64,000 nt of DNA from Bacteroidales bacterium (GTDB lineage: Bacteria > Bacteroidota > Bacteroidia > Bacteroidales > Azobacteroidaceae), in NCBI GenBank assembly GCA_031548005.1, contig JAVBRK010000021.1:9442-73441 (forward strand), in the 5' to 3' direction. The notes beneath the pieces were generated by a model. The model was not told the origin of the DNA, ran no database searches, and saw nothing but the letters and a program-made list of their open reading frames with translations. The position numbers and the translations under genes are program-made. Shown here one piece after another: positions 47,401 through 57,915 of this stretch; within the stretch, counting starts at the first letter, position 1, and each line of letters starts with the position of its first letter.

Positions 47401-48938
47401 GCGTTTCCCCAGGTTTCCCGGTCGAGGCTCCTGTAGTTGATCGCTTCGCCCAGATGGTGCGGCCGGATACCGGGAGATTCTTCCAGATCGGCAATGGTAC
47501 GCGCAACACGTAATATACGATCGTAAGCCCGGGCCGAAAGGTTTAATTTCTCCATGGCTATTTTCAGGCGCTGCAACCCCACTTCGTCGGGCTGAGCATG
47601 CTTATAAAGCAACCGGGTGTGCATCTGGGCATTACAATAAATCCCGTTGTCCCCGGAAAACCGGCGCTCCTGAATACTCCGGGCTTTAATCACCCGGTTG
47701 CGGATTACCTCGCTCGATTCGGTCGGACGAGTGTCGGAAATTTTTTCAAAAGGCACAGGAACAATTTCCACCTGAATATCAATCCGGTCAAGTAAAGGCC
47801 CTGATATTCTGTTCAGATATTTCTGAACCTGGAGCGGGCTACAAACACAGGCGCGGCCGGGATGATTGAAGTACCCGCAGGGACAAGGATTCATCGAAGC
47901 GATCAACATGAATCCCGCCGGATATTCAACCGAGAACTTCGCTCTCGAGATGGTGATCTTCCGGTCTTCCAACGGCTGACGCATCACCTCGAGCACCAAT
48001 CTCGGAAATTCAGGCAATTCATCCAAGAACAAAACCCCATTGTGAGATAAACTGATTTCCCCGGGCTGAGGATACGATCCTCCTCCAACCATTGCCGCAG
48101 TCGATATAGAATGATGGGGACTACGGAACGGCCGGACAGCCATCAGGGAGCTGTTACTGGTTATCTTTCCTGCTACCGAATGGATCTTGGTCGTTTCCAG
48201 GCTTTCACTCAGGGTTAAAGGAGGAAGAATGGACGGGATTCTTTTGGCTAACATGGATTTACCGGCCCCGGGAGGTCCGACCAAAATCAGATTGTGCCCA
48301 CCGGCGCAAGCCACTTCCATGGCCCGCTTCACATTTTCCTGGCCTTTAACATCCGAAAAATCCCAATCGAACCGAGATTGATTGGCGTAGAAATTTTCCC
48401 GGACATCGATCCTCACCGGTTCAAACCCGGCTTCTTCATTAAAAAAACGAATTACCTGGGCGACAGTTTCCATCCCATACACCTCCAAACCTTCCACTAC
48501 AGCCGCCTCCATTGCATTTTCACAGGGAAGAATAATCCCTTTAAATCCCGATTCCTTCGCTTTAATAGCAATCGGCAATGCTCCTTTTACCGGCTTGAGA
48601 ATACCATCCAGAGACAACTCTCCCATCATCATATAATCGCCCACCTTACCGGTTTTAATTTTCTCAGCTCCGGCAAGAATGCCGATGGCTAAAGGTAAAT
48701 CGTACGATGATCCTTCTTTCCGGATATCTGCCGGAGCCATATTCACCAGGATCTGATTTCTGGGAAACCGGAAACCACAGACACTCAGCGCCGAAGTGAT
48801 CCGTTCATGGGATTCCCTGACGCTCACATCCGGTAAACCGACCATAAAAAACCGGACCCCTTTTGAGCAATTCACCTCAATGGTAATGACAATGGCATTA
48901 ACGCCCTGAAGGGCTGCCGCATAGACTTTTACTAACAT
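47394..48938 (-). CDS. comM: YifB/ComM Mg-chelatase-like AAA+ ATPase
   Basis: KEGSSYDLPLA, GPPGAGKSM, RPFRSPHH, LFLDELPEF, NPCPCG and ARTIADL. Confidence 0.92.
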   Translation of the reverse strand: MLVKVYAAALQGVNAIVITIEVNCSKGVRFFMVGLPDVSVRESHERITSALSVCGFRFPRNQILVNMAPADIRKEGSSYDLPLAIGILAGAEKIKTGKVGDYMMMGELSLDGILKPVKGALPIAIKAKESGFKGIILPCENAMEAAVVEGLEVYGMETVAQVIRFFNEEAGFEPVRIDVRENFYANQSRFDWDFSDVKGQENVKRAMEVACAGGHNLILVGPPGAGKSMLAKRIPSILPPLTLSESLETTKIHSVAGKITSNSSLMAVRPFRSPHHSISTAAMVGGGSYPQPGEISLSHNGVLFLDELPEFPRLVLEVMRQPLEDRKITISRAKFSVEYPAGFMLIASMNPCPCGYFNHPGRACVCSPLQVQKYLNRISGPLLDRIDIQVEIVPVPFEKISDTRPTESSEVIRNRVIKARSIQERRFSGDNGIYCNAQMHTRLLYKHAQPDEVGLQRLKIAMEKLNLSARAYDRILRVARTIADLEESPGIRPHHLGEAINYRSLDRETWGNAH

Positions 48939-49024
48939 AAAAATTAAGATCTTGGATATAAAATTTTGGTTAAACCTGTTATTCCATCGGAAAAGCCGGG
49001 AGTCTAAGATTATACCTCTCCCTT

Positions 49025-50128
49025 TCAGTTCCGGATGATTGTTCGAATACTGTCGGCCGATAAATTGCGTCCGACAATGATACTTTCCTTATCGATCAAT
49101 ATATTGAATGGAATTTCAGTAACATTATATAACTTTACCATTTCAGAACTCCATCCATGAGTGTCTACCACCTGTCGCCAATTCAACTTCTGAGATTTTA
49201 CGACATCCATCCAGGCAGCGCTGTCTCCATCTAAGGAAATGGTTAAAATTTCCAATTTCTGACGGTCGGTATCTTTATACAACCCGACCAATTCCAGATT
49301 TTCCTGCTCACACATCTCACACCAGGATGCAGCAAAATTCAGCACAAAATATTTTCCTTTGTACGAACTGAGTTTTATAGTATCTCCATCAATATCAAGC
49401 ACCTTAAAATCAGGAGATACCCCACCGGGGAGAGTCTGAGAAAGCCGCTGATTAATTTCAACCAGCCGGTCGTACATGGGATTCCTGAGCGCTTCTCCCG
49501 AAAGTTTCTGAAGATTTTCTTTTATCACATCCGGATTAGACATATCCAGAAGATAATCCTGAAACAACACTAAACTTGCTATAGATGAAGGGTTTTCAGA
49601 AATAAACTCTTCTACCTTTTTTCTCAACTGATGATCTACATTTGAAATCTTGGATTCAAATTCGAGCTGCCTCGTACTTGAGTTTATACTGTCTTTCTGG
49701 TGAATATAAGAAGAATGCAGATCCGTTAAATCCCTTTTTTCAGTTAAAAGAGACTTATTCTGCAACCGGAACTCCGATAAAAGATCATTGACTTCACCAC
49801 CCTTCGCAACGATCATTTCGGGATATTTGGCATCTCCTCCTATATTTATTTTGTCCTTATCTCCTAACCAGACTGTAGCCCAAACGCCGCCGTTTTCCAT
49901 ATAAACTTTAACGGAAGACCCCGACCGGGCAGCAAAGGAATAAGAAAACCTCCCGTCTTTGCCGGCCTGGATCGTATCGACGTTTAGTTCACCCGGTTGT
50001 CCTTCTCTCACAAAATACAACAACGGGCTGCTCAATCCTGATATTCTGCCCTCGATAACATACCCGTCCTGGCGTTTACAGGAGAAAAAGAACAGAATAA
50101 TTAATATTATGTAAACAAATTGTTTCAT
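49025..50128 (-). CDS. TlpA/ResA thiol-disulfide oxidoreductase lipoprotein (DUF4369-like N-terminus)
   Basis: Lipobox FFSC; thioredoxin motif LNFAASWCEMC. Confidence 0.88.
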   Translation of the reverse strand: MKQFVYIILIILFFFSCKRQDGYVIEGRISGLSSPLLYFVREGQPGELNVDTIQAGKDGRFSYSFAARSGSSVKVYMENGGVWATVWLGDKDKINIGGDAKYPEMIVAKGGEVNDLLSEFRLQNKSLLTEKRDLTDLHSSYIHQKDSINSSTRQLEFESKISNVDHQLRKKVEEFISENPSSIASLVLFQDYLLDMSNPDVIKENLQKLSGEALRNPMYDRLVEINQRLSQTLPGGVSPDFKVLDIDGDTIKLSSYKGKYFVLNFAASWCEMCEQENLELVGLYKDTDRQKLEILTISLDGDSAAWMDVVKSQKLNWRQVVDTHGWSSEMVKLYNVTEIPFNILIDKESIIVGRNLSADSIRTIIRN

Positions 50129-50213
50129 CTTTTTGCTTTTTTTAAAAACAATTGTAACATTTAAAGCAGTAAAGGTAAAACAATCTTTTTAATAAATAAT
50201 AACATTTTTATTA

Positions 50214-52277
50214 TTATTTTTCAATTCTCACCCGGGCATCGACGGCAATAATTCCATTTTCGGTTGCCAGAAGAGGATTTATATCCAGCTCTTTTATCTC
50301 GGTTGCAAAACGCAACAGGGCAGACAACCGGACAATAATCTCAGCAAACCGGTGCTCGTCGATTCCTTTTTGTCCACGAGCCCCCTGAAATACTTTATAC
50401 CCCCTTAATGAACGAATCATGGAAAGGGCTTCTTCTGTTGCCAGCGGAGCAAGTCCGGAAGCTATATCTTTAAAAATTTCCACGAAAATTCCCCCCAGGC
50501 CGCAAAGCACAATATGCCCGAATTTTTCTTCATATTTCGACCCGATAAAGAGCTCTGTACCTTTTAGCATCGGTTGTATCATCACCGCCCTTGCATCCGG
50601 AATATTCATCAGGCGCTCGAACTCGATCGCCAGGTGTTCTTCTGAACGGATATTCAAAACCACGCCTCCTATATCTGATTTATGAACTGGGCCTACACAC
50701 TTGGCAACTACAGGGAAACGGACTTTATGTGCAAACTCACAGACTTCAGACCATTGATCCGACACCAACTCCGGAACAAACGGAATTCCGGCTGCAGCAA
50801 ACAATTCCTGAACATAATGCGGTTCGATGTAACCGGACCCGGGAATTCCATCGATGGTTCTGCGTATTTTGGGAATATCGACTCCTTTCAGCATCAGGTT
50901 ATTTTCAAGGGGGTAAGGCGTTTTTACAATCTTGGTCAAAGCGTTGGCTAACCCGACTTCATCGCTGAAATTAACATGACCTTTCTTTATAAAGAAATCG
51001 GTTTCGTCCCAGGCTGTAGTGACTGAAGGCAGGATCGGAAATATGGGTTTCAGGCAGGTCAACATTTTTTGGTCGAGCACATCGTATGCTTCATAAACCC
51101 GTGTCAATCCGGGACTTCCGAAAATAACTGCAATGCCATCCACATTCTCAAATTTCTGGTCACAGTAATCGATAGCAATACTCAAATGCTCCGGCCCTCC
51201 GGTTCCAAGAATATCGATCGGATTACTGATTGCTGTTCCTGGAAGTAAGTGTTTCTTCAGTTCTTCTGCTTCAGGAGTTCCGGATAATTTAGGGATATCC
51301 ATTCCCCCTTTCGACAGGGCATCGGTCAGAATTACAGCAGGGCCTCCTGCATGTGTGACAATAGCAATATTTTTTCCTTTCAGCTCTTTCAGTGTAAATA
51401 CGGCAGCCACAGTAGCCAATTCTTCCCTGCTGAAGCAGCGAACCACTCCGGCTTTACGGAAAAGGGCCTCGACCGCGAGATCCGGATTGGCCATAGCGCC
51501 GGTATGCGAAGAGGCGGCTCGGCTACCCGATTCGGAACTACCCGACTTGATCGCAGCAATACGGCATCCTTTACGGATGAGGGAAGTTGTATGCTCTAAT
51601 AATTTATCCGGATCCTTGATGCTTTCAATATATAACAGCTTAATTTTAGGATCGGTTTCGGGATTGAAATTATTATCCATGTATTCCAACACATCTTCTA
51701 CTGTAATCTGCGCGCCGTTTCCGATCGACCAGACCGAATTAAAACGAAGTCCCATCCGCATGGAAGACTCGATAATGAATAAGGCCGTACCTCCGGAGCT
51801 GGATATCATATCGACTCCCGCCGGATCCATTTCAGGAATGGGCAATGTAAACAAACTATGATGATACCGGTTGAGCATTCCAATACAATTGGGACCGATC
51901 AGGCTGGCTCCGGCATCATTGATCACCCTTACAATTTTTTTTTCCAGCTCCCCTCCTTCTTCGGTTTCTTCCCCGAATCCGGCAGTAAACATGATAAATG
52001 CTTTGACGCCTTTCTTCTGGGCCAATACTGTAATTGTTTCCAGACAGGCCGAAGCAGGAATGGCAATAATCGCCAAATCTGTCTGAGGGATTTTGGATAC
52101 GTTGGGATAGCATTTAAGGCCTTGAACCTCTTTCTCTTTTGGATTTACGACGTACAGCTCTCCCGCAAATTTTCCGTTGATAAGATTCCGGACACAGTTT
52201 CCTCCAGGCTTGGATGTTGTATTCGATCCCCCGACAACTACAATGCTTTTCGGATTGACCAGCTCTTTGTTTATCAT
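50214..52277 (-). CDS. Acetate/acyl-CoA ligase (ADP-forming), fused alpha-beta
   Basis: PKSIVVVG, GPNCIG, catalytic His in ASSHTGA, ATP-grasp HKSDIGGV and LDINPL. Confidence 0.92.
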   Translation of the reverse strand: MINKELVNPKSIVVVGGSNTTSKPGGNCVRNLINGKFAGELYVVNPKEKEVQGLKCYPNVSKIPQTDLAIIAIPASACLETITVLAQKKGVKAFIMFTAGFGEETEEGGELEKKIVRVINDAGASLIGPNCIGMLNRYHHSLFTLPIPEMDPAGVDMISSSGGTALFIIESSMRMGLRFNSVWSIGNGAQITVEDVLEYMDNNFNPETDPKIKLLYIESIKDPDKLLEHTTSLIRKGCRIAAIKSGSSESGSRAASSHTGAMANPDLAVEALFRKAGVVRCFSREELATVAAVFTLKELKGKNIAIVTHAGGPAVILTDALSKGGMDIPKLSGTPEAEELKKHLLPGTAISNPIDILGTGGPEHLSIAIDYCDQKFENVDGIAVIFGSPGLTRVYEAYDVLDQKMLTCLKPIFPILPSVTTAWDETDFFIKKGHVNFSDEVGLANALTKIVKTPYPLENNLMLKGVDIPKIRRTIDGIPGSGYIEPHYVQELFAAAGIPFVPELVSDQWSEVCEFAHKVRFPVVAKCVGPVHKSDIGGVVLNIRSEEHLAIEFERLMNIPDARAVMIQPMLKGTELFIGSKYEEKFGHIVLCGLGGIFVEIFKDIASGLAPLATEEALSMIRSLRGYKVFQGARGQKGIDEHRFAEIIVRLSALLRFATEIKELDINPLLATENGIIAVDARVRIEK

Positions 52278-52474
52278 GCTATTTTAAATTTAAGTTATTT
52301 TATTTTTCTACAAAAATACGTAAAAAAGCAGATAAAATAGCTTTTACAAAAATTTAAATTAGTGCCCAAAATCTGAAATTTTCATAAAAATCTTATTTTT
52401 AGTCCGGTTCAAGGGCCGGATATATTAAAGAAAAGCTATACCTTTGTGATAAGAAGCATTTCACGTATTGAAGT

Positions 52475-53545
52475 ATGCCCCGTAAATTAATATTGTTTTT
52501 AACCCTGAGCCTGCCGGTTTTATGCGCCTGTAACCAAAACAGGCCAGAGATACGGGCTGCCTGTGAACAGGATGCTACCGGGAACTACCTGATTAAATGG
52601 GAGACTTTTCCTCCGATGGAAGGAATTGTCAAAATCCACGAGTCGGTACATCCCGACTCATTCAATCTACAATCACCTATTGCAGAGCAGGATATAAAAA
52701 CAAGATTCAAGAAAGTGCCCTCCATGGAAGCTTCGCGCAGATTTTATTTCAATCTTGTTTTCAATAAAAAATATTCGACCATAACCGCTGAAAGGATCAT
52801 TCCGACCGAGGGGATCTATAATCTGAGGGACGTCGGAGGATATTATAACCGGGATAAGCATCAAACCCAATGGGGTATGCTGTACCGCTCCAGTTCAATG
52901 TCTAATGCCACAAAAAAAGACACTGAAACTCTGAATAATCTGGGCATCAAAACATTGATCGACCTGAGAACTGAAGACGAAACCTATAATTATCCGCCCA
53001 AATACCAGGCCCAACAAATATTCAATCTGCCACTTCAGAATATCAATCCTTTTAAATTTATAAATATCATCGTATCGGAAGAAATGAAAAAGGGAGATGT
53101 GCTGGTAAAGCTACAGGACATTAAAATGGAGTTACTTCATCGCAATACGGCCCAATTTATTAAGATATTCGATATTCTGCTGAATGAAGATAACTATCCT
53201 ACTGTGATTTATTGTTCCCTTGGCAAGGATCGCACAGGAATTGTTATTTCCTTGATTCTCTCGGCGCTGAATGTCCCTTATGAACAAATCCTACAGGACT
53301 ACATGCTGTCGAACACTCAGATCCGGTTCAAGAGCTTAGTCCCAAATGCCGAGCAATATTCCCCTGAGGTGCAAGAGGCGCTGACAACTCTTTTCAGCAC
53401 CCACGAGCAGGTGCTCAATTACCTTTTCGATCAGATTGACAAGGAATATGGCTCTTTAAACAATTACTTGGAAAAAGAACTTAAGCTGACGCCTAAAAAA
53501 CGGGAAAAATTGAAAAGTTTATTGCTTTATACCGAACTGGAATAA
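52475..53545 (+). CDS. Tyrosine-phosphatase-like (Y_phosphatase3) lipoprotein
   Basis: Lipobox LCAC; NLRDVGGY, LYRS, IDLRT, P-loop YCSLGKDRTG and DYMLSN; TACCTTTG at 52439-52446. Confidence 0.88.
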   Translation: MPRKLILFLTLSLPVLCACNQNRPEIRAACEQDATGNYLIKWETFPPMEGIVKIHESVHPDSFNLQSPIAEQDIKTRFKKVPSMEASRRFYFNLVFNKKYSTITAERIIPTEGIYNLRDVGGYYNRDKHQTQWGMLYRSSSMSNATKKDTETLNNLGIKTLIDLRTEDETYNYPPKYQAQQIFNLPLQNINPFKFINIIVSEEMKKGDVLVKLQDIKMELLHRNTAQFIKIFDILLNEDNYPTVIYCSLGKDRTGIVISLILSALNVPYEQILQDYMLSNTQIRFKSLVPNAEQYSPEVQEALTTLFSTHEQVLNYLFDQIDKEYGSLNNYLEKELKLTPKKREKLKSLLLYTELE

Positions 53546-53590
53546 AAAAAACTTACCTTTGCACCGGTTTTATAAAATAAAAATTTCCGA

Positions 53591-55300
53591 TTGAAAACAT
53601 TTGAAGAATTAGGAGTTGCTCCGTCGATTATCAGAGCAATCAGTGAGATGGGGTACGAGTCGCCCATGCCAGTACAAGAGGAAGTGATTCCATATTTGCT
53701 CGGCAATGATAATGAAGTAATTGCATTAGCTCAAACCGGGACAGGAAAAACGGCCGCTTTCGGGTTACCTATCCTGCAACATATCAACACTCAAAACAAA
53801 CAGCCTCAAGCGGTTGTATTGTGTCCCACACGTGAACTATGCCTGCAAATTGCAGATGATCTGAACGATTATTCCAAATACATCGATGACCTGAAAGTAC
53901 TTCCGGTATACGGAGGATCGAGTATCGAGAGCCAAATTAAAGCGCTTCGCCGCGGTGTGCATGTGATTGTGGCGACTCCAGGACGTCTGATCGACCTCAT
54001 AAACCGCAAGACCGTCCGCTTGGAGGCGGTTCGGAATGTCATCCTCGATGAAGCCGATGAAATGCTGAACATGGGATTTTCGGAAAGCATCGACGCGATC
54101 CTGAAAGAAGTCCCGGACAACCGGAATATGTTGCTGTTCTCGGCAACCATGCCTGCCGGAATCGCCCAGATCACCAAAAAATACATGCGCTCCCCGAAAG
54201 AGATTATCATCGGGCGTAAGAACGAAGGAGCTAAGAATGTAAGGCATATTTACTATATGGTACATTCTAAAGACAAATACTTAGTACTAAAGCGGATCGC
54301 AGACTACAATCCCAATATTTACGGAATTATTTTCTGCCGGACGCGCAAGGAAACCCAGGAAATTGCCGATCTTCTGATCAAAGACGGATACAATGCCGAC
54401 TCCCTGCATGGAGATCTTTCTCAACAGCAGCGTGACTACGTCATGAATAAATTCCGCATACGGAATTTGCAGCTCCTTGTAGCGACAGATGTTGCCGCCA
54501 GAGGATTGGATGTAGACGATCTTACTCACGTCATCAATTACGGACTTCCCGACGACGTGGAATCATATACCCATCGCAGCGGGCGTACCGGCCGGGCTGG
54601 AAAGACAGGAACATCCATCGCGATCATTCACCTGAAAGAAAAACATAAGGTGAGGGAGATCGAGAAAATGATCCATAAAACTTTTGAACAGGGAACTGTT
54701 CCCAACGGGAAACAGATCTGCGAGAAACAGCTTTTTTATTTTGTCGACCAGATAGAAAAAGTGAAGGTAAACGAAGACGAAATCGCCGAAATCATGCCCT
54801 CCATTTACCGCAAACTCGACTGGTTAGACAAGGAAGATGTTGTTAAGCGGTTGATATCATTGGAATTCAACCGGATGATCGATTACTATCAGGATGCCGA
54901 AGAAATCGAAACCCCTCAGGAGAGAAGCCGGTCCAACCGGTTTGAAAAGAAAGAGCATGAAAATAATGGGAAAAGAAGCTTTGGAAAAGACTCAGAAAAA
55001 GGTTTCGCCCGGCTTTTTATCAATGTAGGGAAAATGGATGGTGTCAGACCTCAGGAACTGATCGGATTAATAAATGATAACGTTTCCGGTAGAATGGTGG
55101 AAATCGGGCGTATCGACCTGATGAAAAACTTTTCTTTTTTCGAGGTGCGCAAAGAAGATAAAGACAAAGTAATCAAAGGCCTGGACCGAAAGAATGCTTT
55201 CGGACGGAAAATCGCAGTAGAAGCGGCGCAGCCGAGTCAACCGGAAAAAGAAAAAAAGGAATATCCAGGAAAAAAAGAGAAAAAGAAATACCGGAAATAA
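53591..55300 (+). CDS. deaD: DEAD-box RNA helicase with DbpA-type RNA-binding domain (DeaD/CsdA-like)
   Basis: TTG start; AQTGTGKT, PTREL, DEAD, SAT, HRSGRTGRAG and RLFINVGKMDG; TACCTTTG at 53554-53561. Confidence 0.9.
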   Translation: MKTFEELGVAPSIIRAISEMGYESPMPVQEEVIPYLLGNDNEVIALAQTGTGKTAAFGLPILQHINTQNKQPQAVVLCPTRELCLQIADDLNDYSKYIDDLKVLPVYGGSSIESQIKALRRGVHVIVATPGRLIDLINRKTVRLEAVRNVILDEADEMLNMGFSESIDAILKEVPDNRNMLLFSATMPAGIAQITKKYMRSPKEIIIGRKNEGAKNVRHIYYMVHSKDKYLVLKRIADYNPNIYGIIFCRTRKETQEIADLLIKDGYNADSLHGDLSQQQRDYVMNKFRIRNLQLLVATDVAARGLDVDDLTHVINYGLPDDVESYTHRSGRTGRAGKTGTSIAIIHLKEKHKVREIEKMIHKTFEQGTVPNGKQICEKQLFYFVDQIEKVKVNEDEIAEIMPSIYRKLDWLDKEDVVKRLISLEFNRMIDYYQDAEEIETPQERSRSNRFEKKEHENNGKRSFGKDSEKGFARLFINVGKMDGVRPQELIGLINDNVSGRMVEIGRIDLMKNFSFFEVRKEDKDKVIKGLDRKNAFGRKIAVEAAQPSQPEKEKKEYPGKKEKKKYRK

Positions 55301-55304
55301 AACC

Positions 55305-57080
55305 TCAACGCACCAACTCATTCATCAACCGGTTCGCTTTGGCAACCAGCTTCTGACAGGCTTCCGGACCGGACAACTTATCATTGAGCTCCAAAAGCAA
55401 TTCGTTGATTTTGGAAAGTTTGGCTTTAGAGACTTCATCTGTAGCGCCCTCCAGTTCTCCACGCAGCAGCCGTAGTTTTTCCACACCTTGAAGTCCTTCC
55501 AACAATCGCTCAAATCGGATCGAACTCCTGTTTTCGGGATATACATAGTTTGTATCGCCTGCAGGCCATGTCCGGAACCGGGTATCCAACAGCGGATTTT
55601 CTACCCAGGAATTATAAGCCCAGCGCAAAAAACCATCAAACCCGGCAGCTACAGCAAACCAGGCATTATATGCTGCTTCTGCCGGAGCTGAAAAAGTAAA
55701 TGCATTCGGGAATTTATCGCTGCAACAAACATAATAAGTCGTGATCAAACCATGATCCTTGCGGTATTTCATATCTTCCGGATCGACCGTTGCGCTGAAA
55801 GCCACACTGATATCTTTCAGAAACGGATACTCCTTATAGCTTTTATGATTGTCGGCAAAAGAAATACCCAGTTCAGGAGCATTTTTCCGCAAAAATCCGA
55901 TCGTTGCTTTCATGGTCTTCGGATCGCGTTCATCCATGGCAATATTGGTAATTTCTAACCAGGACTTCGTTTTCAGATGGCTTTTGAAATCTTCGATGAA
56001 AGGTTTCCACATCATTTCAAAAGAAGGAGTACCAGGAACAGCCTGTACCTTCACCGTATCGTTTTTCACTTCATCCCAGTAATGCAATTCGTTATTCCAG
56101 GGTACCATAGAATAGCAATTAATCTGCTTGTTCACTCCCAACTCCATCATAAATGTCACCCATTTATCAAATACCGTATAATCGTATGTCCAACTACCAT
56201 CCGCTTTTTTAGTCCAGGATATCATATCCGGATACCGGTCGTAACACTGGCCGTTCCAGGGATCTTTATTCAAAGTCGTAGTGATCACTTTCTGTCCTGC
56301 ACCAGCCAACCGTTTCATTAATGGACGCATCTGTTCGAAGAGCTCGTCACTCCAGGCGGCAACCTGGTACCAGCGTGCAACAGATCCGGGGTGTTGCCAG
56401 AGATCGAGGTGAAATGTCCATTCGGAAGGAGGAGTCAGATGCTTATCCAGAACCTCGACCTGCAGATTCATTTCTTCTTTCACCGACTTCCCTCCTACCC
56501 GTGCATACAGCACGATTTTTCCTTTGTAAGTACCTGCTTCCGCGTTTTGCGGAACATCGATCGAGACCCAGACCGGGCGAACGGAATTCGCCCCGATATC
56601 CATACATTCCACATTGTCCAGAACATCAGCGGAAAGAGAAGCTGCAAAATCTTCAGGCTTGCGGTATCCGCAACCGCCGGCAAATTCATCAGTCATCACA
56701 TAACGTACAAAATGCGGATGAATATTCGTTGCTGCAATGGACTGCCCGCTTCCCGTCTTAAGATCGCCAACTTCAAACTCCGCCTGCCGGACATCTTCAG
56801 TAGTCCATAGAACTAATTGAGTTGCGATTCGTTCTCCTTTCCAGGCCACTCCTTCCCAGAACTTCACTTTCTTTTCCAATTCAGGAGCTGTATGTTTCGG
56901 ATATCGTGTATCGAGGTCGCCAAAAGAAAAATTCAATCCGGGGGCTACTTTTTCCCAGTTGCTTGTCGTACGATTGGGATCAGGAAGTTCTTCGTATGTG
57001 GAACAGTTTTTATCCGGACGATCCGCAGAACAAGAGGAATATAAAACGATTAACAAGCAAATCCAAAGATGTTTTTTCAT
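55305..57080 (-). CDS. GH123-like (DUF4091) beta-N-acetylgalactosaminidase lipoprotein
   Basis: Lipobox YSSC; AWKGER, LDLWQHP, IAMDER, GFLRWAYNSW, GDT..VYP and SSIRFERL. Confidence 0.85.
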   Translation of the reverse strand: MKKHLWICLLIVLYSSCSADRPDKNCSTYEELPDPNRTTSNWEKVAPGLNFSFGDLDTRYPKHTAPELEKKVKFWEGVAWKGERIATQLVLWTTEDVRQAEFEVGDLKTGSGQSIAATNIHPHFVRYVMTDEFAGGCGYRKPEDFAASLSADVLDNVECMDIGANSVRPVWVSIDVPQNAEAGTYKGKIVLYARVGGKSVKEEMNLQVEVLDKHLTPPSEWTFHLDLWQHPGSVARWYQVAAWSDELFEQMRPLMKRLAGAGQKVITTTLNKDPWNGQCYDRYPDMISWTKKADGSWTYDYTVFDKWVTFMMELGVNKQINCYSMVPWNNELHYWDEVKNDTVKVQAVPGTPSFEMMWKPFIEDFKSHLKTKSWLEITNIAMDERDPKTMKATIGFLRKNAPELGISFADNHKSYKEYPFLKDISVAFSATVDPEDMKYRKDHGLITTYYVCCSDKFPNAFTFSAPAEAAYNAWFAVAAGFDGFLRWAYNSWVENPLLDTRFRTWPAGDTNYVYPENRSSIRFERLLEGLQGVEKLRLLRGELEGATDEVSKAKLSKINELLLELNDKLSGPEACQKLVAKANRLMNELVR

Positions 57081-57346
57081 GTATTACAGAATTTATCATT
57101 ATTTTTAAGGGAACCTGAAATCCCTCGAGTCAAGCAAAATTACAATAAATCTGAAAAAGTCAAAATAGGAATATTTCTCCGGAAGAAACCTATTTACATC
57201 CCATGATTTATAAAACCGAGCCATATCTGATATAACATACTTAGTATAACATCAGAAACACTTCCGGCAAGAATACCGAATCAGAAGATTACATTTATAA
57301 AATTTAACATTAATTAACTATCAAAAAATCGAAAAAGTTATGTTTA

Positions 57347-57378
57347 TTTGGAAAATCGAAGAAAAAACAGTACTTTTG
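57347..57378 (+). promoter_or_regulatory. Promoter of the rimP-nusA-infB operon
   Basis: TTTG-N20-TACTTTTG. Confidence 0.75.
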
Positions 57379-57398
57379 TAGCCGGATAAAGCAGGAGG

Positions 57399-57425
57399 GA
57401 AGGGGGCGGAAAGTCCCCTTCTTTT
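57399..57425 (+). promoter_or_regulatory. rimP leader attenuator/terminator hairpin
   Basis: GAAGGGGGC-GGAAA-GTCCCCTTC-TTTT between the promoter and the rimP ATG; such leaders are known upstream of rimP. Confidence 0.75.
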
Positions 57426-57442
57426 ATTCTGTAAGATCAGGT

Positions 57443-57910
57443 ATGATTGATAAGAACTTAGTAAAGCAAATAGTAGAAAACCACATCGAAAATTCCGGAA
57501 TTTTTCTGGTGGATGTGGAAATTCGGCCCGGAAATATCATTGTAGTAGAAATCGATAACGATGAAGGGATTTCCATTGATGATTGTGTTGCCCTGAGCCG
57601 GCACATTGAATCCCTGTTAAACAGGGAAACAGAGGATTACGAGCTGGAAGTCGGCTCTGCAGGTATTTCCCATCCATTCAAAATTGCACGTCAATACATC
57701 AAAAATATCGGAAATGAAGTGGAAGTATTGACAAAAACCGGAAAAAAACTCACCGGGATACTGAAAGAAGTCCATGAGAGCGGCTTTGTTCTGACAATCG
57801 AAAAGCAGGTGAAGCCGGAAGGAAGCAAACGTAAAATTACGGTACAGGAAGATTATAGCTTCGGATACGATGAAATTAAACATACAAAATATTCAATCAG
57901 ATTCAAATAA
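57443..57910 (+). CDS. rimP: Ribosome maturation factor RimP
   Basis: ISIDDCVALSR and YELEVGSAG; precedes nusA. Confidence 0.95.
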   Translation: MIDKNLVKQIVENHIENSGIFLVDVEIRPGNIIVVEIDNDEGISIDDCVALSRHIESLLNRETEDYELEVGSAGISHPFKIARQYIKNIGNEVEVLTKTGKKLTGILKEVHESGFVLTIEKQVKPEGSKRKITVQEDYSFGYDEIKHTKYSIRFK

Positions 57911-57915
57911 AACTT

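Noticed and set aside
11293-48938. comEA-like and comM genes as a competence locus
   Set aside because: They are about 35 kb apart, both are widespread, and no pilus or comEC genes are present.
52475-53545. His-to-Tyr change before the phosphatase catalytic Cys as a sign of inactivation
   Set aside because: The essential CX5R loop (CSLGKDR) is intact.
57081-57346. Possible sRNA or regulator site in the GH123-rimP intergenic region (TATAACAT x2, weak TCTGAT/ATCAGA inverted repeat)
   Set aside because: The matches are short and in very AT-rich DNA, with no terminator or stable structure to support a call.
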